From Synechococcus sp. (lineage in GTDB: Bacteria; Cyanobacteriota; Cyanobacteriia; PCC-6307; Cyanobiaceae), in the NCBI GenBank assembly GCA_047285535.1, contig JBJBDC010000001.1, positions 1,920,136 through 1,984,135 of the forward strand: a stretch of DNA of 64,000 nucleotides. Reading direction: 5' to 3'. The notes below the pieces were generated by a model that made no database searches, was not told the origin of the DNA, and worked only from the letters and a program-made list of their open reading frames with translations. Positions 31,170 through 41,497 of this stretch are shown piece after piece. The position numbers were made by a program, and so were the translations under genes. How positions within the stretch are numbered: position 1 is the first letter of the stretch; each line of letters starts with the position of its first letter.

Positions 31170-31712
31170 ATGAACGTTCGCGAACGATTAGAGGCAGGCC
31201 GTGCTACCACGAAAGACGCTTTTGAGGTCTTCGATTCACTTGAGCCCGTCGATGTTGGTTTTATGATTGGTAATTGGAAGGGTGAAAGCTTCCATACCAA
31301 TCACCCAATGGACGGCCTTCTTGAGGTCTATCACTGGTATGGAAAACGTTTTGAAAGTCTCGAAGATGTGCATCCGTTGGTGTTTTCAACACTTCGCGGC
31401 GGCGTGACCACTGTCAATCCCGCCTTGATGGGGTCGGCATTGCATGTGCCCATGCCAAAGTCAGCGATGGTGGGTCGTCTCTTCCAAACACTGTTGCCTT
31501 TGCTGTCAACGTCCCGGTCTACAGCTCGGCTGCGCATGACAACGTATCGGGGCAAGTCGAGCGCAACCATGATTTACGACCAGCTACCGATTAACGACGT
31601 GTTTCGCAAAATTGATCAGGATGCCGTGCTGGGCGTCATGGATTTGAAGGGAATGAAGGTGCCGTTCTTCTTCATCCTTCACCGTGAACATGGGGGCAAA
31701 AAATCCCCTTAA
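31170..31712 (+). CDS. GXWXG/DUF4334 domain protein
   Basis: FDSLEPV, GNWKG, HPMDG.L, WYGKRF and MIYDQLPINDVFRK motifs. Confidence 0.88.
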   Translation: MNVRERLEAGRATTKDAFEVFDSLEPVDVGFMIGNWKGESFHTNHPMDGLLEVYHWYGKRFESLEDVHPLVFSTLRGGVTTVNPALMGSALHVPMPKSAMVGRLFQTLLPLLSTSRSTARLRMTTYRGKSSATMIYDQLPINDVFRKIDQDAVLGVMDLKGMKVPFFFILHREHGGKKSP

Positions 31713-31784
31713 GGCAGTGAGTCTAGATGGTCCATTGTCTTCACTCAAGCGTGCGACTTAGTCATCACAGTTCATTTCATACAG

Positions 31785-32005
31785 ATCAAACATCTGTCTG
31801 GATGAAGCTCGCTTCATCGCCATAGACCCGGCTGAACAGTTGGTTATCGGATGGGTGAACCATGGCTCTTATTTGGCAAGAAGTTTCAAAGCCATGCGAT
31901 CAAAACGATCCGAGCACTCTTATCCATGCAGAGCTCCATGGTTCACAGACGCTGGTGAAGATGGGGAGTGGTGATCGGAACCCTCTAATCAATAAATTGT
32001 TGCTA
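31785..32005 (+). repeat. Repeat family copy 4 (putative attI platform)
   Basis: Collinear with copies 2 and 3; ends gtgatcggaaccctctaatcaataaattGTTGCTA. Confidence 0.75.
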
Positions 32006-32144
32006 GTCCTTTGCTGGGTAAGACAACAGCAACCTGAAATCCCATCAACAAAGCTCTGCTTCAAGACGAAAGATTTGTAATGCTTGTGGCTTCATTGCTG
32101 TGCCCTTGCCATAACAGGCCAATGGTTTCTCGCCTAAGAGGCGA

Positions 32145-35100
32145 ATGGCACCACCCTCCTCTTCAAAACCAAGCCGGCAAGGATCATCGGGCGGAGGCCA
32201 AACAGCCAGGCAGCAGCCTGGTGGTTGGGGTGCTCAAGGCGCATCAGAAAGCGGATCCAACCAAAGCCAAGCCCAGGCCCACCTGATCCAGAGTCCAAGC
32301 ATCAGCCTCCCAAAAGGAGGCGGCGCGATCCGAGGCATGGGTGAGAAGTTCAGCGCCAACCCGGTCACCGGCAGCGGTTCGATGACCGTGCCGATCGCTA
32401 CCAGTCCTGGGCGGAGCGGCTTTGATCCTCAGCTCAGCCTGAGCTACGACTCTGGAGCAGGCAACGGGCCCTTCGGCTTCGGTTGGAGCTTGGCGCTGCC
32501 CGCGATCACCCGCAAGACGGACCAAGGCCTGCCCCGCTACAGCGATTGGAGGAGCGATCCGCAGGAGGCGGATGTGTTCGTGCTCTCCGGAGCGGAAGAC
32601 CTGGTGCCGGTGCTGCGCCAGGGGGCCGCAGAGCTGGAGATCCACGACGACGTGATCGATGGCTACCGGGTGCGCCGTTACCGCCCCCGCATTGAAGGCC
32701 TCTTCGCCCGCATCGAGCGCTGGCAGTGGATCCCCACCAGCGCCGACCCGCGCCCGGAGGCCGAGCAGCGGGCTGATGTGCACTGGCGCTCGATCTCCAG
32801 AGACAACATCCTCACGATTTACGGCGCCGATGCCGGCAGCCGTATCGCCGATCCCAAGGATCCCGAGCGCATCTTCAGCTGGCTGATCTGCGAAAGCCGT
32901 GACGACAGAGGCAATGGCATCCGCTACCTCTATAAGGCGGAAGACGGCAACACCACCCTGCGGCCCGGGCAGGCTGATCCCTTCCGGGCCGCTCATCAAC
33001 GCAACCGTGGGACAGCGAACGATCTATCCCGCACCGCCCAGCGCTACCTGCAGCGCATCCTCTACGGCAACCGCAGGCCACTGCTCGATGCCCAGGGGCA
33101 ACGCCCGCGGCGATTGAGCAATCTGCCTGCCCCACCCACCGACAACACCGCCGACTGGCTGTTCGAGGTGCGCTTCGACTACGGCGAACTCAACTCAGAG
33201 GATCCCACCGGCACCCCCGAGCAGCCCTGGCTCTACCGCCCGGATGCCTTCTCTACCTACCGCAGCGGCTTCGAGGTACGCACCTGCCGCCGCTGCGAGC
33301 GGGTGCTGATGCTGCACCACATCCCCGATCAGGCCGCCACTGCCGATCGCCCCCTCCAGCCCGGGTACGAAGGCATGGTGCGCAGCACCGAGTTCGTCTA
33401 TGACGACGAGATTGATCCCACGCTCGCCAGCAAACCCGTCTACAGCTTCCTCAGCCAGGTTGTGCAACGGGGCTGGAAGCAGGAGGGCGACGCCATTACC
33501 ACCAAAACGCTGCCTCCTCTGGAGTTCCGCTACAGCCGGCCCACCCTTGGAGAAGACGTGGAGGAGGTTGATCCTGCCAACCTCGAGAACCTGCCGGTCG
33601 GCCTCGATGGCAGCTCTTATCGATGGGTTGACCTTCATGGTGAGGGGCTGCCCGGCATCCTCACCGAACAAGCTGGGGCATGGTTCTACAAGCGCAACCT
33701 CAGCCCGATGAGTCAACGGCTGCGGGCCGATGCCCAGGCCGATGTGGCCACCTTTGCCGCGCTGGAAACGGTCGCCAACCGGCCCAATGTGAGTCTGGCG
33801 GGTGGTGCCCAGATGCTCGATTTGGCCGGCGATGGCCTACCCGATGTGGTGAGCTTCAGCGCCCCCATACCGGGCCTCTATGAACACGACGGCGCCGAGG
33901 GCTGGCAGCCCTTCCGCTCCTTCCGCGAGCTGCCGAACATTGATTTCAACGACCCCAACCTGCGATTCGTCGACCTCGATGGCGACGGCCATGCCGATCT
34001 GTTGATCAGCGAAGGCGATGTGTTCGTGTGGCATCGCTCCCTTGAGGAAAAGGGGTTTGAGACTGCCCAGCGGGTGCCGCTGCCTTGGGACGAAGAAAAA
34101 GGTCCGCGGGTGGTGTTCGCCGACAGCAACGAAAGCATCCATCTGGCGGACATGAGCGGTGATGGACAGGCGGATGTGGTGCGCATCCGCGCCGGCGTCC
34201 ACGGCCGCGAGATCTGCTACTGGCCAAATCTGGGCTACGGTCACTTCGGGGCCAAGGTGTCGATGGATAACCCGCCCCTGTTCGATCATCCGGAACTGTT
34301 TGACCCCAAACGGCTACTGCTGGCCGACATCGATGGCAGCGGCACCACGGACCTGATCTACCTCCACGCCGAGGGGGTGCGGCTCTATTTCAACCAGGCG
34401 GGCAACGGCTGGAGCGACGCAGTGCCCCTGAAGGTGTTCCCGCCGATCCACAACATGGCCCAGGTGGCCACCGTGGATCTGCTGGGCAATGGCACCGCCT
34501 GCCTGGTGTGGTCGTCGCCGCTGGCGGGCGACAGCGGCCGCCAGATGCGCTACGTGCCGCTGATGACCGAAGGAAAGCCGCATCTGCTCACCACCAGCAT
34601 CAACAACCTCGGCGCCGAAACGCAGGTGCGCTATTGCTCTTCCCTGCGCTTCTACCTGGAGGACAAGCTCAACGGCAAACCCTGGATCACGCGCCTGCCG
34701 TTTCCGGTGCATGTGGTGGAGCGGGTGGAAACGATCGACCACATCAGCCGCAATCGCTTCGTCTCGCGCTATGCCTACCACCACGGTTATTTCGATGGCG
34801 AGGAAAGGGAATTCAGGGGCTTCGGCATGGTGGAGCAGTTCGATACCGAAGCATTCGAAGACTATGTCGTTGGCGTTCAGACAGCTGGAGGCTCACAAGA
34901 ACTGGCGCCTGAGCTGAACCAGCCGCCGGTCACGACCCGCACCTGGTATCACACCGGGGCATTTCTCGATCAGCCGCGAATCCTGCACCAGTACCGACAC
35001 GAGTACTACCAGCAAGAGCAGCACATCCCCGAGCCCTTCTTGCCTGCAGGTCTGAGTGCAGACGAACTGCGCGAATGCATTCGTGCCTTGAAGGGTCTGC

Positions 35101-38100
35101 CGCTACGGCAGGAGATCTACAGCCACGACGACTCGGCTGAACAAGAGCACCCATACACGGTCACGGAGAACAATTTCGAGATTCGCTGGCTTCAACCGCA
35201 TAGCAACCAGCGGCACGGCGTCTTTTTTCCGGTGGGCCGGGAATCCATCTCGCTCAACTACGAGCGCAATCCGGCCGACCCTCGCATCTCGCACACCTTC
35301 GGGCTGGAGCTGGATCAGTACGGCAACGTCCGTAAGTCCTGTTCGGTCGTGTATGGCCGCAAGATTGGCGACGCCTCCCTTCCCCCCGAGGTCAACCGCG
35401 ATCAGCAGCAGCGCTACATCACCTATGCCGAGGCGGACTACACGCCCGACATCGATCAAGCAGAGCCGATCGAATCCTACCGCTTGCGTGTGTCCTTCGA
35501 ATCCAGGAACTACGAGATCAACGGTATCGCTCCGGACGCTGCCTTCTTCCAGTTCGAGGAGATCAAGAACAAGATCGCCGCTGCCGCCCCGATCGACTAC
35601 GAAGTTGTCGCGGACAGCGTCACGCCACAGATTCGGCTGCTCTCCCACGGCCGCACGCTCTTCCTCGACAACGCGCTGAACCCCTTGCCATTGGGCCAAT
35701 GGGACTCACTGGGGCTCGACTACCAAAGCTACAAGCTCGTCTTCACTCCTGGCATCACGGCCGCCCATTACGCCGGCAAGGTGAGCGACGCCGAGTTTAC
35801 CGCTGCGGGATATGTGCACTTCGCTGGTGACGCCAACTGGTGGATAACCTCTGGCACGGCTGTCTATCCAGCAAATCCGCGCGACACTTTCTACCTCCCG
35901 ATCGGCACCAAGGATCCTTTCGGACTGGAAACGATTGCGACCTTCGATCAGCACGTCCTCCTGATCGAAAAGGTGGAGGTCAAGCAAGCCGCTTGGAACG
36001 TCGTCGCAGCGGTCAATGACTACCGCATCTTCGGCCCGATGCTGATGACAGACCCCAATGGGAACCGCTCGGCCGTCGAACACGACGAGTTGGGCATGGT
36101 GGTCAAGACCGCCATCATGGGCAAGGCTGGCTCGACGGATGGCGACACGCTGGCCGACCCGACCACGCGGATGGAATACGAGTTGTTCAACTGGAAGAAC
36201 AACCGCAAGCCCAACTTCGTGCATACCTTCGCGCGCGAGCAGCACGGCGCTGCCAATCCGCGCTGGCAGGAGAGTTATGCCTTCTCCAACGGAAGCGGCG
36301 GTGTGGCGATGGTCAAGGCCCAGGCGCATCCCGGCAAGGCGTTTAAGGTGAATATGGACGGCAGCAAAGCCGAAGTGGATGCCGATCCGCGTTGGGTGGG
36401 CAACGGGCGCACCGTGCTCAACAACAAGGGCAAGCCGGTCAAGCAGTACGAGCCTTACTTCAGTACCACCCACGAATACGAAGACGAAAAGGTGCTGCGT
36501 GAGATCGGCGTCACGCCCGTCCTCTACTACGACCCGGTCGGGCGCAACATCCGCACGCTGTTTCCCAACGGCACCTTCGCCAAGGTCGAGTTCACGCCCT
36601 GGTGGCAAAAAGTCTTTGACGCCAACGACACCGTCAAGCAAAGCCAGTGGTACGTCGACCGGGGCAGGCCTGATCCGACAGCAGAGCCCGAACCGCTGAA
36701 CGACCCGGAACGCCGCGCCGCCTGGCTTGCCTCCAAACACGCCGACACGCCTGGCGTCATCCATTTCGACAGCCTGGGCCGACCCGTCTACGCCGTTTCC
36801 GATTACGGCGAAGGAAAGACGGCGGCGGTGCGCTCGGAAAGCGACCTGACTGGGCGCCTCTCGACGATGTTCGATCAGCAGCAACGAGAAGTCGCAAGCG
36901 GCTTCGTTGGCATGGAGGACACCCCCATCGTCGGCGACAGCGCCGAGAAGGGCCGTCGCTGGACCTTCCAGAACGTGCTCGGTGCGCTGGTTAAGACCTG
37001 GGACGAACACGGCCGCCAGTTCCGCGCCGAGTACGACGAGTTGCACCGCCCTGTTAGCACCTTCGTGAAGCAGGCCGGACAAGGGGAGATCCTGTTCAAT
37101 TACATCGTCTATGGCGACCGTCTTGCCAATGCCGGGCAACTCAACCTGCTCGGCACCGCCCATCTGACCTTCGACCAAGCCGGCTTGATGCGAGTGCCGG
37201 AACTGGACTTCAAAGGTAACCCGAAGGCCGTCGATCGCATCCTGGCCAAGGACTACAAAAACGATCTCGACTGGAGCACTCTGCCAGGTCAAACAAATGT
37301 CACCGCCGTCCAAGCCGCCGCAGATCCCGAGCTGGAAGACGCCGAAGTCTTCTCCGCCAGTTCCTTGTACGACGCGCTGAATCGTCCAACTCGGGTCACG
37401 TTGCCCGATGGCACCATCATCATGCCCAGCTACAACGAGGCCAACTTCCTGACCTCACTGAAGGCGCAAATTCGTGGTCAAGGCAATTTCATCGAATTCC
37501 TCAAAGGCCAGGATTACGACGCCAAGGGCCAGCGCCAGTTCGCGCATTACGGCAACGAAGTCTTCACCCGCTACTTCTACGACCCCAAAACCTTCCGCCT
37601 GAGCAATCTGTTGACCTACAAGTCAGGTGCAGACCCGCAGACCCAAGGGCTGCAGAACCTGAACTACTGCTACGACCCGGTCGGCAACATCACCCAGATC
37701 CGCGACGACGCGCAGCAAACCCATTACTTCAACAACGCCGTCGTCAAGCCTGAAAGCCTGTACGAATACGACGCGATCTATCAGCTCTTCCGCGCCAGGG
37801 GTCGGGAACTCGCCGGTGGGGTTAACGACGCCATCTGCACGCACACCGATTTGGATTTCGTCCAACTTCCGCACCCAAACAATGTCAACGCGGTGCGCAA
37901 TTACACCGAGGAATACGAATACGACCTGCTCGGCAATATCAAGGTGATGAAACATCGCTTCCAATCCCAAGCCGGTATCGGTGGCGGCTGGACGCGCCAT
38001 TACCTTTATGCCTTTGACAACGCGCCGGGCAATCGCACCAACCGCCTAACCGCCACCAGCCAGCCAGGCGACCCGGATGCAGGCCCTTATACCGGCACCT

Positions 38101-39896
38101 ACGACTACGACGCCTACGGCAACATGACCCGCATGCCGCACCTAGCGGCCATGGACTGGAACTTCATGGACCAGTTGCACCGGGTGGACTTGGGCGGCGG
38201 CGGGACGGCTTATTACGTCTATGGCCTGGACGGTCAGCGTCTGCGCAAGGTGATCGAGCGCAACGGCAACCTGAAGCTCGAATGGATCTTTCTCGGCGCG
38301 GTGATGATCTTCCGCCGTCGTCGGCGCAACACCAACGATTTGCGTCTGGAACGCTGGACGGTCCACATCAGCGACAACACTGACCACATCGCGCAGGTGG
38401 ATACCAAGACGCGGGACGATGACAACGACGATCCGGCCAATCCGCTCAATGTTCCGCTCATTCGGTATCAGCATGCCAATCACCTCGGCTCAGCGGTGCT
38501 GGAGACAAACGAAGACAGCGACCTGATCTCCTATGAGGAGTACCACCCCTACGGCACCACGGCATATCGCTCGGCTAAACCTGGATTCGATATAAGTCTG
38601 AAGCGATATCGATTCAGCGGGAAGGAGCGGGATGACGAAACTGGGTTGTACTACATCGGCACGAGGTATTACGCGCTATGGCTTGGGAGATGGACTAGTA
38701 CTGATTCAGCTGGATTCGTTGACGGCGTCAACCTATATCGGTATTGCCGGAATTCCCCAACCGTCCATGTAGACCCCACAGGCCTCGATCCTGAGTACCT
38801 TCCCGGAACACCTGAGGATAGGCTCACACCTAAATCAACACAGGCTGAGCGTGAGGCGTTTGCGCGAAGAAGGGGATTCAGGGTTATCGATCCAAATCCA
38901 GAGCAGCAACGCTGGGTAGGGACACCAGAAGCTGGAAGTTGGGAATTGAGCCCTGAAGGAAGACTAGAGAGAATTACTCCAGAAGGAACGCACAGCAGTA
39001 AGCCAGCCCCTAGTACAGGAAATGAAGAACTAGCTACACCAGAACCCCCATTACCAAATAACCCATCTCCAGCGCCCACTCCTGAATCGTCAGAATCAAG
39101 TGATACGAGAAACGGAGAAGGTAGTGAGAGGAGTTTCTTTACCAGCAGCTTCTTCAAAGGATTGGCTGTGGGTCTTGCTGTCACTGTTGCTGTGGTGGCA
39201 GTCGTCGCAACAGGTGGAGCAGCTCTTGCTGCAATTGCGCCGGCTGCTTCAGCCGCAATTGCTTCATCTGGAGTTGGCACAGCAATCGCCATAGCCGGCA
39301 CAACGGTTGCTGTCGCCAACACTGTTCAATCGGTGCGTCAGCGTGATCTCTGGAATAACCCCATCTCGGAGGAGCAAGCCAACTTCAATCTTGGTCTAGG
39401 AGTGGGCTCTTTTGCTTCAGGAGCACTCTCACGCCCAATTTCTGGGGCTGTTAGTCCGCTCGGGCAAAGCTTAGGTCGCGGCGCAGGCCAAGGAATTGAA
39501 AACATGTCGTCAGGAATGTTTATCCCGGCATTGCCTGGTGGAGGAACTTTTGGAGGCGCCATTTCGACTACCGCGGCTGCGGGTGTGAATACAACGTCAG
39601 CTGTAACGGCAGCTGGCACTGCCATGGGAGCCAATGTTCTCATGATGTCCGGCAATCAGGGGGATGATTGGGATGACCAAGGCTGGCGTCCAAAGAAAGC
39701 CAAGGGAAAGACATTTCGCGGAGGAAGAAAGAGCTCTCGAGACAACTGGTATGGGTTTGATCGAGATAAAAATTTCGTCAGATGGTGGCATCGCCAAGGA
39801 AAGTCAGAATTTGGAGGAAATGATATTGATAACGCTGCAGAGGCCAAAGAGATCTATACCTACTGGGTTAGCATTGGAAAGCCGGCGCCAAAATGA
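32145..39896 (+). CDS. Tc toxin complex TcB-TcC fusion (SpvB-like N-terminus, FG-GAP repeats, YD/Rhs shell, Rhs core protease, variable C-terminal cargo)
   Basis: SLPKGGGAIRGMGEKF..YDSGAGNGPFGFGW; DxxGDGxxD repeats; EREFRGFG; RYRFSGKERDDETGLYY; NLYRYCRNSPTVHVDPTGL. Confidence 0.95.
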   Translation: MAPPSSSKPSRQGSSGGGQTARQQPGGWGAQGASESGSNQSQAQAHLIQSPSISLPKGGGAIRGMGEKFSANPVTGSGSMTVPIATSPGRSGFDPQLSLSYDSGAGNGPFGFGWSLALPAITRKTDQGLPRYSDWRSDPQEADVFVLSGAEDLVPVLRQGAAELEIHDDVIDGYRVRRYRPRIEGLFARIERWQWIPTSADPRPEAEQRADVHWRSISRDNILTIYGADAGSRIADPKDPERIFSWLICESRDDRGNGIRYLYKAEDGNTTLRPGQADPFRAAHQRNRGTANDLSRTAQRYLQRILYGNRRPLLDAQGQRPRRLSNLPAPPTDNTADWLFEVRFDYGELNSEDPTGTPEQPWLYRPDAFSTYRSGFEVRTCRRCERVLMLHHIPDQAATADRPLQPGYEGMVRSTEFVYDDEIDPTLASKPVYSFLSQVVQRGWKQEGDAITTKTLPPLEFRYSRPTLGEDVEEVDPANLENLPVGLDGSSYRWVDLHGEGLPGILTEQAGAWFYKRNLSPMSQRLRADAQADVATFAALETVANRPNVSLAGGAQMLDLAGDGLPDVVSFSAPIPGLYEHDGAEGWQPFRSFRELPNIDFNDPNLRFVDLDGDGHADLLISEGDVFVWHRSLEEKGFETAQRVPLPWDEEKGPRVVFADSNESIHLADMSGDGQADVVRIRAGVHGREICYWPNLGYGHFGAKVSMDNPPLFDHPELFDPKRLLLADIDGSGTTDLIYLHAEGVRLYFNQAGNGWSDAVPLKVFPPIHNMAQVATVDLLGNGTACLVWSSPLAGDSGRQMRYVPLMTEGKPHLLTTSINNLGAETQVRYCSSLRFYLEDKLNGKPWITRLPFPVHVVERVETIDHISRNRFVSRYAYHHGYFDGEEREFRGFGMVEQFDTEAFEDYVVGVQTAGGSQELAPELNQPPVTTRTWYHTGAFLDQPRILHQYRHEYYQQEQHIPEPFLPAGLSADELRECIRALKGLPLRQEIYSHDDSAEQEHPYTVTENNFEIRWLQPHSNQRHGVFFPVGRESISLNYERNPADPRISHTFGLELDQYGNVRKSCSVVYGRKIGDASLPPEVNRDQQQRYITYAEADYTPDIDQAEPIESYRLRVSFESRNYEINGIAPDAAFFQFEEIKNKIAAAAPIDYEVVADSVTPQIRLLSHGRTLFLDNALNPLPLGQWDSLGLDYQSYKLVFTPGITAAHYAGKVSDAEFTAAGYVHFAGDANWWITSGTAVYPANPRDTFYLPIGTKDPFGLETIATFDQHVLLIEKVEVKQAAWNVVAAVNDYRIFGPMLMTDPNGNRSAVEHDELGMVVKTAIMGKAGSTDGDTLADPTTRMEYELFNWKNNRKPNFVHTFAREQHGAANPRWQESYAFSNGSGGVAMVKAQAHPGKAFKVNMDGSKAEVDADPRWVGNGRTVLNNKGKPVKQYEPYFSTTHEYEDEKVLREIGVTPVLYYDPVGRNIRTLFPNGTFAKVEFTPWWQKVFDANDTVKQSQWYVDRGRPDPTAEPEPLNDPERRAAWLASKHADTPGVIHFDSLGRPVYAVSDYGEGKTAAVRSESDLTGRLSTMFDQQQREVASGFVGMEDTPIVGDSAEKGRRWTFQNVLGALVKTWDEHGRQFRAEYDELHRPVSTFVKQAGQGEILFNYIVYGDRLANAGQLNLLGTAHLTFDQAGLMRVPELDFKGNPKAVDRILAKDYKNDLDWSTLPGQTNVTAVQAAADPELEDAEVFSASSLYDALNRPTRVTLPDGTIIMPSYNEANFLTSLKAQIRGQGNFIEFLKGQDYDAKGQRQFAHYGNEVFTRYFYDPKTFRLSNLLTYKSGADPQTQGLQNLNYCYDPVGNITQIRDDAQQTHYFNNAVVKPESLYEYDAIYQLFRARGRELAGGVNDAICTHTDLDFVQLPHPNNVNAVRNYTEEYEYDLLGNIKVMKHRFQSQAGIGGGWTRHYLYAFDNAPGNRTNRLTATSQPGDPDAGPYTGTYDYDAYGNMTRMPHLAAMDWNFMDQLHRVDLGGGGTAYYVYGLDGQRLRKVIERNGNLKLEWIFLGAVMIFRRRRRNTNDLRLERWTVHISDNTDHIAQVDTKTRDDDNDDPANPLNVPLIRYQHANHLGSAVLETNEDSDLISYEEYHPYGTTAYRSAKPGFDISLKRYRFSGKERDDETGLYYIGTRYYALWLGRWTSTDSAGFVDGVNLYRYCRNSPTVHVDPTGLDPEYLPGTPEDRLTPKSTQAEREAFARRRGFRVIDPNPEQQRWVGTPEAGSWELSPEGRLERITPEGTHSSKPAPSTGNEELATPEPPLPNNPSPAPTPESSESSDTRNGEGSERSFFTSSFFKGLAVGLAVTVAVVAVVATGGAALAAIAPAASAAIASSGVGTAIAIAGTTVAVANTVQSVRQRDLWNNPISEEQANFNLGLGVGSFASGALSRPISGAVSPLGQSLGRGAGQGIENMSSGMFIPALPGGGTFGGAISTTAAAGVNTTSAVTAAGTAMGANVLMMSGNQGDDWDDQGWRPKKAKGKTFRGGRKSSRDNWYGFDRDKNFVRWWHRQGKSEFGGNDIDNAAEAKEIYTYWVSIGKPAPK

Positions 39897-40408
39897 ATGA
39901 CATTAAAACAGCCACATTTCATCAACTAATAGATCACATTAAGAGTGACGATTCGCATAGAATCATAGAAGCTGTCCGCGAGTGTGCCTCGCGTCAAGAA
40001 GAAGTCGCTGCTCCTTATTTGCTGAATATTCTCCAAGTGACCCAAGACGCTGCAGTGAGAAACGCCGCTGCGCTCGCTTTGAGCGATCTAAAGAATCCCG
40101 CCGCATTTGGCATATTAGTGGAGTTACTGAAAAGCGACCATGCCCGTGAAAGCCAGGGGACGCTTTTATATGCACTCGACACGTACGACTGTTCACCAAT
40201 CTTGCCCTTATTAGTAAATCTGGTTATTGATGGAAATTTTGAGGTTAGTCGACAAGCATTTAGCCTGATCTCTGGCATTGAAACTGAGCTAGACGATCGT
40301 GTTTGGCAAAGCTGTAGAGAACGACTACAGTCTGCAATTGTGGTTACCACAGAAGATCAGCGGCCAGTACTGGAGGAACTGCTCAAGCTGTTCGAGCAGG
40401 ATGAATAG
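39893..40408 (+). CDS. HEAT-repeat-like protein, candidate immunity protein
   Basis: ATGA overlap with the toxin stop; VRNAAALALSDL..AF.ILVELL HEAT pattern; AT-richer, like the toxin tip. Confidence 0.75.
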   Translation: MNDIKTATFHQLIDHIKSDDSHRIIEAVRECASRQEEVAAPYLLNILQVTQDAAVRNAAALALSDLKNPAAFGILVELLKSDHARESQGTLLYALDTYDCSPILPLLVNLVIDGNFEVSRQAFSLISGIETELDDRVWQSCRERLQSAIVVTTEDQRPVLEELLKLFEQDE

Positions 40409-41497
40409 GTGAGCTAGACCGCTTTTTTGAACTAGAAAACTTGGACGATGGAACTTACGCTATTCACCGACCTAATCGACGCCCCCGGCAATGTCGCCGG
40501 CGGCCTGAAAGCCATCGTCAACCTGCCCTAAGCCGAAGGCGAAGCGATACTCCGGTCGCTAGACGAGACCTATCTCCTCATCAACACCACGCTCAACATG
40601 CTGTTCATCGGCCAGCAACTCGCCAATAACGCCCGCAGCGCCACTCGCGACAACCAACGCATCCCTCCTGTTTGAAATGCACTGAGCACATTTCACCCTG
40701 TGCTAAGCCCCGAACGGATAAAAACAATTAAACGAGAACTCGCGTTTTTGAAAGTGCAGAGTCGACACGCCAAGACTCCAATCTGGCTTACCTACGTCTC
40801 TGTAATTCCGGCAGAAGAGCTTATTAACACCATGATTCCCCACCGGCTCTAACTACTCCTACGTGGTCTCCATCAATCAGCAACTGCTCTTGCTAAAGGT
40901 GGCGGCCGCCTGGTTCACCTACTGGTGATTCTTGATCCGTTTGACTCCACACCATCAGCGTGGATCTAGTCGTCAACGAGGCAGTGCAGTTGCAGCGACA
41001 AGGAGATTCTTTGGATCGTGAATCCGGCCGACTCTGCTTTTCTGCAACATTGCCAACTGCAGGGCCAAACGAAGAATAACCAGCTCTGGCCTCTGTCTTT
41101 GGTCTGAGTGCCGCAACATCTTCAAACGGCTCAAACCCTTACCACCTGAATCACCTGACACTTCAGGCCACTGTTGTCATAAAGGGAGAAGGCAACGGGA
41201 CCACCTAGTCCCCCACCTCAAAAAAACTATGGCTGCCTCCCCAGCTTCGGCCACTCCCCTCTACGCGGGGCCACACCCGATGGCAAGGCCCAGCTCGCCA
41301 AGAGCGCAGACCACGCCAACTGAATTCCTGATCGGTCGCGCCCCATCCAACCCACTCAATGGGATGGGGTGGGAATAACACTCATCATCGTGCGATTGGA
41401 ACACAAGCCTTCTCCCCGCGGTAGGGGGGCGTTTTGAAAGCGATACGACGGACCTAGCGAGACCCCTAACGCAGTACGTACTTCCGAGGACTTTCAG

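Noticed and set aside
15820..32005. CRISPR interpretation of the dispersed repeats
   Set aside because: The repeats are long, diverged and kilobases apart, with no regular spacers and no cas genes.
35706..37313. 535-aa minus-strand ORF and many other antisense ORFs within tcBC, tcA and argS
   Set aside because: These are shadow ORFs of GC-rich coding genes with no recognisable motifs.
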